Origin: Octopus sinensis
Taxonomy: Eukaryota
NCBI RefSeq assembly: GCF_006345805.1
Contig: NW_021829131.1
Location: 1 to 6,985, forward strand
Reading direction: 5' to 3'
Length of the DNA: 6,985 nt
Each line of letters starts with the position of its first letter. Position 1 is the first letter of the stretch. A program made the position numbers and the translations under genes. The notes beneath the pieces were generated by a model, which saw only the letters and a program-made list of their open reading frames with translations, ran no database searches and was not told the DNA's origin. Of the stretch, positions 1 to 6,973 are shown piece by piece.

Positions 1-127
1 CTTTTATTAATATTTATTATTTATGTTTACTTATTTTATTTTTATTTTTATTTTTATATGAGCATCTTACATATTTCAATACCTTTATATATTTTATTTT
101 ATTATTATTTAAGAAAAATATTATCGG

Positions 128-128
<1 letters not shown>

Positions 129-197
<69 letters not shown>

Positions 198-234
198 ACA
201 CACAGACACACACAGACACACACACACACACACA
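129..234. repeat. (CA)n microsatellite with a few CAGA interruptions
   Basis: Direct dinucleotide run, preceded by AT-rich low-complexity sequence (1-120). Confidence 0.98.
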
Positions 235-319
235 TAAATAACCAAGCATACTCTCATCTACTTAGTCTGTTAAAATGTCTCAACTGGTCAACACGTAACT
301 TCCTTAGTGTCCTTTCACT

Positions 320-358
320 CTGATGAGATTCCACTGGGTGTGAACTGAAACAATTGTA
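320..358 (+). ncRNA. Hammerhead-ribozyme-like motif (minimal type I, Penelope-like; probably degenerate)
   Basis: CTGATGA (320-326), imperfect stem II (GATTCCAC-TGG-GTGTGAACT, 327-346), GAAA (347-350), palindromic stem III ACAATTGT (350-357), NUH triplet GTA (356-358). Stem I is weak (about 2 bp adjacent to the core). Confidence 0.5.
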
Positions 359-431
359 GGCAATGTTAATTTATTGATAAATTAATTTTAGCCATTAAAT
401 CTCTCCATTTTCTTGCTTAATAATATTTTAT

Positions 432-490
432 ACACACACACATACACATACACATACACGCACACGCATACACACACATGCGCACACATA
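432..490. repeat. Degenerate (CA)/(CATA)/(CACG) simple repeat
   Basis: tacacacacacatacacatacacatacacgcacacgcatacacacacatgcgcacacata seen directly. Confidence 0.85.
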
Positions 491-581
491 CAGCATTCAC
501 AACAATAACTTCACGCACGTACCAACAACAGCAATATGAAATGTTAACAACTAAATTAACAACAATGACAAGGAGATGGCC

Positions 582-608
582 GTCATCGTCATCGTCGTCA
601 TCATCATT

Positions 609-651
<43 letters not shown>

Positions 652-679
652 CAACAACAACAACAGCAATAACAACAAC
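582..679. repeat. Compound microsatellite (TCA)n followed by (ACA)n
   Basis: Direct trinucleotide runs: TCA/TCG 582-650, ACA/CAG 651-679. Confidence 0.95.
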
Positions 680-707
680 GGCAGTAATAACATTAACAAC
701 AGTGCAT

Positions 708-909
708 CTACGCGGTCGTTCTAACTGCTAGAAATAGTAACTACATCTTTTCCAAAATCCTATTTGAGTGTCATCTGAGATAACGTAGTCCAAGATGCAC
801 TGCAGTGGGAAAGAAGACGGGAAGATCACTGGTGGAATGGTCTTGATCATAGGTATACAAGGACAGGACAAATCAAAGAACAGTAACTAACAACAACAGT
901 AACAACAAC
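708..909 (+). mobile_element. Possible decayed SINE-like interspersed repeat 3' portion with (AAC)n tail
   Basis: Motifs ctgctagaaatag...gataacgtagtcc...ttgatcataggt followed by AAC repeats resemble, from memory, an abundant octopus repeat. No head, TSD or in-window second copy confirms it. Confidence 0.3.
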
Positions 910-918
910 GGTGTTATT

Positions 919-949
919 GACGACGACGACCACGATGACGATGATGATG

Positions 950-999
<50 letters not shown>

Positions 1000-1070
1000 G
1001 TGATGATGTGGAAGAATGCCATCATACCGATGATTGCAATGATGATGATGGTGATGTTGTACAATGATGG
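919..1070. repeat. (GAC)n/(GAT)n microsatellite, degenerating after ~1006
   Basis: Direct trinucleotide run. Confidence 0.93.
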
Positions 1071-1268
1071 CTGTTATTTCAATTATTGTTTTGTATGAAT
1101 TTGTTTTTCTCATGAATAAAGGATTTCACCCCCCTTTTATCAGTAACAGGTTTGTTTCTTTCACAGTGGTTGGGGGCAATCTTTAGTCTGTTGGTTCAAC
1201 AGTTGAAAGGGTCAGCCATCGGATAGAGCCGAAAAGAAATGAAATGGTGGAACCTGGTTAAAAGAAAA

Positions 1269-1299
<31 letters not shown>

Positions 1300-1464
1300 T
1301 GTGTCTGTATTTGTCTCCCTAGCATTGCTTGACAACCGATGCTGGTGTGTTTACGTCTCTGTCACTTAGCGGTTCGGCAATAGAGACCGATAGAATAAGT
1401 ACTGGGCTTACAAAGAATAAGTCCCGGGGTCGATTTGCTTGAAAGAAAGGCGGTGCTCCAGCAT
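1269..1464 (+). mobile_element. Partial SINE copy (GT microsatellite plus 3' body), lacking both the tRNA head and the terminal tail
   Basis: 1285-1464 is the reverse complement of 1753-1930 with only 3 substitutions and 2 single-base indels. Confidence 0.88.
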
Positions 1465-1707
1465 ATGGCAAATCAGACCTACAACGCTCCACAATTTAAG
1501 TGGTGCTGGTGATCCCCAGATGAAGACTCAAAATCAAACGTCAATGTTTAAATAGAGGTCAGTCGATCCAATAGACAGGGCCTCACATCAAAAGAAAAGA
1601 AATATCATCGGCGGCTAGAGATATTCAAAAAGTTTCTGAAGAAGTTGGAGAATTCAAGAACAGTAGGGAAAGTTGCAGAGCAAGCAGATGGAAAGAAATG
1701 GAATTAC
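1465..1707 (+). pseudogene. Possible highly decayed C-terminal remnant of an RTE-like LINE ORF
   Basis: The frame starting at 1465 has two stops and ends ...KYHRRLEIFKKFLKKLENSRTVGKVAEQADGKKWNY, loosely like the RTE-type C-terminus (K-R-W-x-D-x-V-K-K-D-L-K-K-L-G...A-Q-D-R-x-x-W). Weak similarity only. Confidence 0.25.
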
Positions 1708-1708
1708 A

Positions 1709-1918
1709 TACTCTTTTACTCTTTTACTTGTTTCAGTCATTTGACTGCGGCCATGCTGGAGCACCGCCTTTATTCGAGCAAATCGACCCCGGGACTTATT
1801 CTTTGTAAGCCCAGTACTTATTCTATCGGTCTCTATTGCCGAACCGCTAAGTGACAGGGACGTAAACACACCAGCATCGGTTGTCAAGCAATGCTAGGGA
1901 GACAATACAGACACACAA

Positions 1919-1984
<66 letters not shown>

Positions 1985-2155
1985 ATATATATATATATAT
2001 ATATATCTATATAACATATATACGACAGGCTTCTTTCAGTTTGTTCCGTCTACTACCAATCCACTCACAAGGCATTGGTTGGCCCGGGGCTATAGCAGAA
2101 GACACTTGCCCAAGATGCCACGCAGTGGGACTGAACCCGGGACCATGTGGTTGGT
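1709..2155 (-). mobile_element. tRNA-derived SINE, 5'-truncated, with internal (TA)n/(TG)n microsatellite and (AAAAGAGT)n-type tail
   Basis: Minus strand: B-box GGTTCAGTCCC (2137-2127), then TCTTGGGCAAGTG (like the CORE/V-type central motif CCTTGGGCAAGT), a microsatellite (2021-1911), the body shared with 1285-1464, and tail caagtaaaagagtaaaagagta (1730-1709). No A-box is present. Confidence 0.85.
1932..2021. repeat. (TA)n microsatellite inside the SINE
   Basis: Direct run. Confidence 0.97.
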
Positions 2156-2535
2156 TGCAACAAAAGGAGGATGTAGGAAGAATGCTGGTTATGGCTGTCG
2201 AATAGAAACCTGAACGTGAGACCGAATCACTAATCATTATCACTCAGGAGCGATTATATAACAAATGTTGATAAAATTCACCATCTAGAAATTTACATAT
2301 AATAGAAATATTAAAATTAAAATAACAATAAAATGTCAATGATTAAGTAAATAGCAGAAAAATAATAAAAACATAATAAAAATTATATACGTTTTTATTA
2401 TGTTTTTGCAATTTACTTAATCTTTGACACTTTATTGTTATTTTTTAATTTTAATTTTTCTATTATATGTAATTTTCTAGATGGTGTAATTTTTGTTCAT
2501 TTTGAATTGATAAAAGGGGGTTTTTTTTCTAATTT

Positions 2536-2547
2536 TATATATATATT

Positions 2548-2625
<78 letters not shown>

Positions 2626-2657
2626 AAGAGGGAGAGAGAGAGAGAGTGAGAGAGAGA
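2536..2657. repeat. Compound (TA)n-(AG)n microsatellite
   Basis: TA run 2536-2568 joins AG/AAAG run 2569-2657. Confidence 0.97.
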
Positions 2658-2940
2658 AGAAAAATCAGAAAAGTCAAGAGAAACATTTGATATTTTCACA
2701 TAAAAAAGTTCAAACTGAACCAAAGAGAAGTTGCATTTTAAACAGACACGGAAGTTGATTGAAACGCTGATTCTTCAAAGACTTCATTTCAGCTCAGAAA
2801 GGCTATTTTAATTAGCATTACTTAAATAGCAATTCATTTTACAATAAATTATCTACAGTAGTAACCAGCAGGAAATACCCAGATGAGATCTTTAGATAAG
2901 CTTGAAATCAATTGATATTGAGATGGAACGACCATAAAAT

Positions 2941-3128
2941 CTATTTCTTTAATATTGATTTCATATTTTGACACAAGGTCAGCAATTTGGGCGAGGGGCG
3001 GGGGGGGGGAGGGGATAGTCGATTACATCGACCCCAGTATTCAACTGAAGTTGACCCCGAAAGGATGAAAGGTAAAGTCAATCTCGGTGGAATTTGAACT
3101 CAGAACGTAAAAAGAGGGACGAAATACC
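2941..3128 (-). mobile_element. tRNA-derived SINE, downstream 5'-truncated monomer of a dimer, with C-rich 3' region
   Basis: Shares B-box GAGTTCAAATTCC (3101-3089) and the 20-nt core gaccccgaaaggatgaaagg (3053-3072) with the neighbouring monomer. It starts at GGTATTTCGTC inside the tRNA-like head and has a distinct 3' part (poly-G on plus strand, ~2993-3015). Confidence 0.8.
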
Positions 3129-3361
3129 CATTTCTTTACTACCCACAAGGGGCTAAACACAGAGAGGACAAACAAGGACAGACAAACGGATTAAGTCGAT
3201 TATATCGATCCCAGTGCGTAACTGGTAATTATTTAATCGACCCCGAAAGGATGAAAGGCAAAGTCGACTTCGGCGGAATTTGAACTCAGAACATAGCGGC
3301 AGACGAAATACCGCTGAGCATTTTGCCCGGCCTGCAAATGATTCTGCCAGTTTGCCGCCTT
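3129..3361 (-). mobile_element. Full-length tRNA-derived SINE (upstream monomer of the dimer)
   Basis: Minus strand: aggcggcaaac-TGGCAGAATC (A-box-like, 3349-3340), B-box GAGTTCAAATTCC (3287-3275), central gcctttcatcctttcggggtcgat, and 3' end gccccttgtgggtagtaaagaaat. Confidence 0.88.
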
Positions 3362-3687
3362 AACAAGTATTAATATTAAATACTAGTTATAACACGGCTA
3401 TTAATCGCATTTAAGAATGAAAAGTTAAACCTAGAATATTGGACAGCTAATTAACATGAAGGTTTAATAAACCAGATCTAAGGAAGATAATATAGATAAC
3501 ATCTATAGGAAAAGAAAGAATTTATTAAAACTCTCTAGATTGATTGTTCAGTATCTAAGCAAATTGTACAAAGAAAATTGGTAAAGAGTATCAAGGAAAG
3601 CTTTCAAAACATTAAAATAGAAAACCGAGCTTCAAAGATGAGAGAGAAAGAATTGTTCTTGGAATAAATTAAGAAAGACAAATGTGT

Positions 3688-4079
3688 GGGGATGGAAGCA
3701 CTCCGTCGGTTACGACGATGAGGGTTCCGGTTGATCCGAATCAACGGAACAGCCTGCTCGTGAAATTAACGTGTAAGTGGCTGAGCACTCCACAGACACG
3801 TGTACCCTTAACGTATTTCTCGGGGATATTCAGCGTGACACAGAGAGTGACAAGGCTGGCCCTTTGAAATATAGGTGCAACAGAAACAGGAAGTAAGAGT
3901 GAGAGAAAGTTGTGGTGAAAGAGTACAGCAGGGATCACCCCCTCCCCCTGCCGGAGCTTCGTGGAGCTTTTTAGGTGTTTTCGCTCAATAAACACTCACA
4001 ACGCCCGATCTGGGAATCGAAACCGCGATCCTATGACCGCGAGTCCGCTGCCCTAACCACTGGGCCATTGCGCCTCCAC
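3688..4079 (-). mobile_element. Full-length tRNA-derived SINE (392 bp) with 12-bp target-site duplication
   Basis: A-box TGGCCCAGTGG (4067-4057) and B-box GGTTTCGATTCCC (4024-4012) in a tRNA-like head followed by ~320 nt of unrelated body. Flanked by the perfect direct repeat AGACAAATGTGT at 3676-3687 and 4080-4091. Confidence 0.92.
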
Positions 4080-4170
4080 AGACAAATGTGTATATGTGTG
4101 TTGATGAAACTGAACAACAAGAACAAAGAGTTTACAAGTGCAAGCACACATATACAGACACACACGCAAG

Positions 4171-5226
4171 TTATTCATGAATGATTTAAAGCTATTTAAT
4201 GATGAGGACGAAAATGACAGAATATTGGGAGTTTAGGATTAAAAAAATGTAGTGTTCTAAGCCTAAAGAATGGAAAACTAGCAAAGGGTAGACTGAATGG
4301 CCAGACTATTCAAGAAGTAGGGGAGGAACTATACAAGCGTTTGAAAGTATTTGAGTTGGATAAGATTAAAGAGAAAGAAATGAAGATGTTATAAAAAGAA
4401 TATCTCAAGCGGGTGAGACTTGTAATGTCGTCTTATTGGAAGGAATAAGATCAAGGCAACGAATACATGGGCTGTGTCCCTCATACGCGACGGGGCGGGA
4501 GTTATTAAATGGAGGAAAGACGAATTGGAAAGTATTGATTGAAAAGCTAAGAAATTGATGACAGTGCATAGAGAACTCCATCCAAGGAGTGATGTTGGAG
4601 GACTTTATATTGAAAGAAAGAAATGAGGTAGCGAAGTATTAAATTTGAAAAACTGTGTCAAAAGCGAAGAAAACAACCTAGTTTGGCACCTTAAAATGAA
4701 AAGGGTAATACCATGTCAAAAGTAAGAGGATTCAACACATTGAAATGTTAGAGAATGACAAATCTAAGCTTTCGTGGGACTTCACTATTCAATGTGATAA
4801 AATGATTGAAGCAAGCAGGCCAGACATTGTAGTTGTGAACGTGAAAGAAAAAAAGAGGTCCAAATTTTCGATATCTCTATCACAGGACATCGTGGAGTGA
4901 AAGATAAAGAGCATGAAATGATGGAGAAGAATGAGCAATTGAAGGAGAAAGTTGGAAAAAGTTGTTGGGGATGAAGGTTTTAGTGATTCCAGTGGCAATT
5001 GGAGCATTGGGATGAATATCGGACAGTTTCGACGATTGTAAATAAAATCAAAATTGATGCAAGGTAACAGTTTATGCAGAAGACAGCGATTCTTGGTATA
5101 ACAAAGATTTTAAAGAAAGTCTATGTAAGGCACGTGAGAGGAAACTGTAAGGGGCCTTTGTCAACTTGTTGTTGACTGCCCCTTAACTGAAATGTGTGAA
5201 CCTTTTAACACCTATCTGAGATTTAC
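4171..5226 (+). mobile_element. Decayed, 5'-truncated and internally deleted R4/Dong-clade (RLE-type) non-LTR retrotransposon
   Basis: Manual translation across frameshifts and stops: LFMNDLKLF (4171; decayed RT motif F-M-D-D), LGLKKCSVLSLKNGKL...KEYLKRVRLV, NKIKATNTWAVSLIRDGAGVIKW...LHPRSDVGGLYIERK...CVKSEENNL, ENDKSKLSWDFTIQCDKMIEASRPDIVVV (PD at 4820-4825)...IFDISI...GMKVLVIPVAIGALG...MQKTAILGITKILKKV, then a short 3' UTR and (AAT)n. This is the domain order typical of R4/Dong/Rex6 elements. Confidence 0.88.
4745..5125 (+). pseudogene. Restriction-like endonuclease (PD-(D/E)xK type) domain remnant of the R4-clade element
   Basis: WDFTIQCDKMIEASRPDIVVV, then frameshifted IFDISI, IPVAIGALG and QKTAILG; disrupted by frameshifts and stops. 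Confidence 0.85.
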
Positions 5227-5239
5227 AATAATAATAATA

Positions 5240-5270
<31 letters not shown>
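5227..5270. repeat. (AAT)n microsatellite (tail/target of the R4-clade element)
   Basis: Direct run immediately after the element 3' UTR. Confidence 0.97.
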
Positions 5271-5271
<1 letters not shown>

Positions 5272-5504
5272 CAATTCGTTTATTGGCCCAATGGCTTACA
5301 TAAAATTACATTAAAACACACACAACAACATAAAAGACAAAAATAGTCGAGCAAAGTGCCGCTGAAAAGCCGCACACATCTGTTTCGGCTCGAACACTAC
5401 GCATCCGTTCTGGTCCACCGAAGACCGAATGGTGGCTTTATTGCCACTTTCCGCCTCCGCAACGCGGGCCCATCGCGACGCTTTCGTTCCCTCCCCGCTT
5501 AGTG
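5271..5504 (-). mobile_element. L1/Tx1-clade-like fragment: 54 codons of the ORF2 EN-RT linker fused to a T-rich 3' terminus with AATAAA
   Basis: Minus frame 5502-5341: LSGEGTKASRWARVAEAESGNKATIRSSVDQNGCVVFEPKQMCAAFQRHFARLF, matching the L1/Tx1 linker pattern GE-x-x-x-K/S-x-F...I-x-x-L-x-D-x-x-G...F-x-x-F/Y-x-x-L-F/Y. It is followed by ttgtcttttatgttgttgtgtgtgttttaatgtaattttatgtaagccattgggccAATAAAcgaa (AATAAA = 5284-5279). GC-rich and flanked by AAT repeats on both sides. Confidence 0.62.
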
Positions 5505-5539
5505 AATAATAATAATGATGATGGTGGTGATGATGATAG

Positions 5540-5623
<84 letters not shown>

Positions 5624-5633
5624 TAATAATAAT
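5505..5633. repeat. Compound (AAT)n-(GAT)n-(AAT)n microsatellite
   Basis: Direct runs. Confidence 0.97.
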
Positions 5634-5770
5634 ATGCTCTGATGGGGTTTCAGGCAGTGGCTCTCATGTCTTCTGATCTTAACTAATTGGAAGTGTTATC
5701 ATGTTCATTATTTTGTTTTGGTATAAAAGATGGGCTACAACAGATATTCCGCTCGATATCACAGATTTGC
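5634..5770 (-). mobile_element. Probable 3' end of an abundant interspersed repeat abutting the AAT tract
   Basis: caggcagtggctctcatg...ggaagtgttatcatg...tataaaagatgggctac...cacagatttgc resembles, from memory, a common octopus repeat usually adjacent to AAT/ATT runs. No in-window confirmation. Confidence 0.45.
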
Positions 5771-6139
5771 ATTTTCGTTTATTGAAGAGAAATGGTACTA
5801 CCCATGATCCTTTGTGGGACTTCTGTAACTTGTGTAAGGAAGGGAGAGTGTATCTTTAAACCGGAGCCCTCACTCGAATGCTTGCAACAGGTCTGCCATA
5901 GGTCCCCAAGTTGCACACAGGTCAAGATATCGATAAAGGCTTCGATTTGGTTCCGTAGATGCTTAAAAGGTAACTCCAACGAATGTATGTAAGAACAAGC
6001 AGAATAATTCTTATAGGATTCGATATAACAAAAGCTAACAGGTTCTTCAGACAAATTTTTTAGGGATTCTTCAGGCAGGCAAAAGCTAACAATTACTTGC
6101 GACTCTACTCCAACCACATATCAGTTCCACAGTGGTATT

Positions 6140-6161
6140 CACACACACACACACACACACA
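6140..6161. repeat. (CA)11 microsatellite
   Basis: Direct run. Confidence 0.95.
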
Positions 6162-6771
6162 GTTATTTATTTATCTATTAATTTATTTCGAATTGCTTTT
6201 TTCGTGCTTAATATGGCTTTCTTACAGACACACAATGCCACATATTTCAATTACATTAGCCTCAGTACATGTCTGGTACTTCATGTTAACCACCAACTCC
6301 GCCGCCTAAAAGAAGACAAGATGGCAATAAGAAAATGCTACACAATATTTAGTGTAGCGCTCCACCGATTCTATCGATTCACTGCCATTATAAATGTTTT
6401 AGACGACTGATTAAAAGAAAAATAACAACATATTTTGGTCTGTTTCCTCTACGAATCTAACTTCCATTATTGTTATCGATACATAGGTAGATGTCGGAGG
6501 AAATAGCGAAGAAGAGAAAAATAGAGCTGCGTGTTGGAAAAACATGGTGGCGAAGGAAAAGATAAAAGACGAGACCGGAATAAGAAAAAAAAAAAGAAAA
6601 ATAGAAGAAAAACGTGATAAAACCAAAGAAAAATTGTGTCTCGCATTAATTGTGAATATGTTTTAATTAGAAGAAATGATAACACGTAAAAAGGAAAATA
6701 TTTAAATGAAACAAGAAAAATAGATAAAATAAAACGTAGCAAAGTTTTATTGAGATGTGCAAAGAAAGACA

Positions 6772-6783
6772 TATGTATGTACG

Positions 6784-6814
<31 letters not shown>

Positions 6815-6916
6815 GTGTTGTGTGTGTTTGATTATATGTGTATGTATGTGAGTATTTGTGTTATGTAATATGTATATATATATATATATTTGTATGTGAA
6901 TGTATGCGTGTACCTA

Positions 6917-6973
<57 letters not shown>

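Noticed and set aside
17-235. ORF of 72 aa (CV repeats)
   Set aside because: Translation of the (CA)n microsatellite and AT-rich flank.
478-1113. Poly-Ser/Gln, poly-His and poly-Ile ORFs (478-672, 847-1113, 873-1064)
   Set aside because: Trinucleotide microsatellites are stop-free in some frames; no complex domain or splice support.
1151-1255. Acceptor-like tttgtttctttcacag (1151-1166) followed by ~90 nt of complex sequence
   Set aside because: All three downstream frames hit stops within about 20 codons and there is no convincing donor. A non-coding exon cannot be excluded without RNA data.
1645-2243. ORFs 1645-1854, 1654-1887, 1881-2213, 1891-2205, 2007-2243
   Set aside because: They read through SINE and (TA)n sequence.
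2435-2758. ORFs with YI/ER and LS repeats
   Set aside because: Translations of the (TA)n-(AG)n microsatellite.
2802-2830. Short inverted repeat GCTATTT...AAATAGC (also TTCAAC-A-GTTGAA near 1195-1207)
   Set aside because: 6-7-bp arms are expected by chance in AT-rich DNA of this length.
3020-3310. Repeated gaccccgaaaggatgaaagg / ggaatttgaactcagaac units that could suggest a CRISPR-like array
   Set aside because: Only two copies, both parts of homologous SINE monomers; eukaryotic context, no unique spacers or cas genes.
4005-4079. tRNA-like sequence with good A and B boxes
   Set aside because: Continues into a ~320-nt body bounded by a TSD, lacks a well-paired acceptor stem and downstream oligo-T terminator: a SINE head, not a tRNA gene. 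The same applies to 3275-3361.
3682-4184. ORFs 3682-3867, 3741-3995, 3975-4184
   Set aside because: Lie within or across the SINE; no recognisable protein motifs.
4789-5007. Minus-strand 72-aa ORF
   Set aside because: Antisense shadow of the purine-rich RLE-domain remnant on the plus strand.
6491-6565. Small ATG ORF MSEEIAKKRKIELRVGKTWWRRKR with an NLS-like KKRK
   Set aside because: 24 codons in A/G-rich low-complexity DNA, where Lys/Arg/Glu codons arise by composition; no supporting gene structure.
6097-6772. ORFs 6097-6309, 6132-6410, 6411-6626, 6473-6772
   Set aside because: Non-ATG or microsatellite-spanning frames with Phe/Leu bias from A-rich sequence; no recognisable domain.
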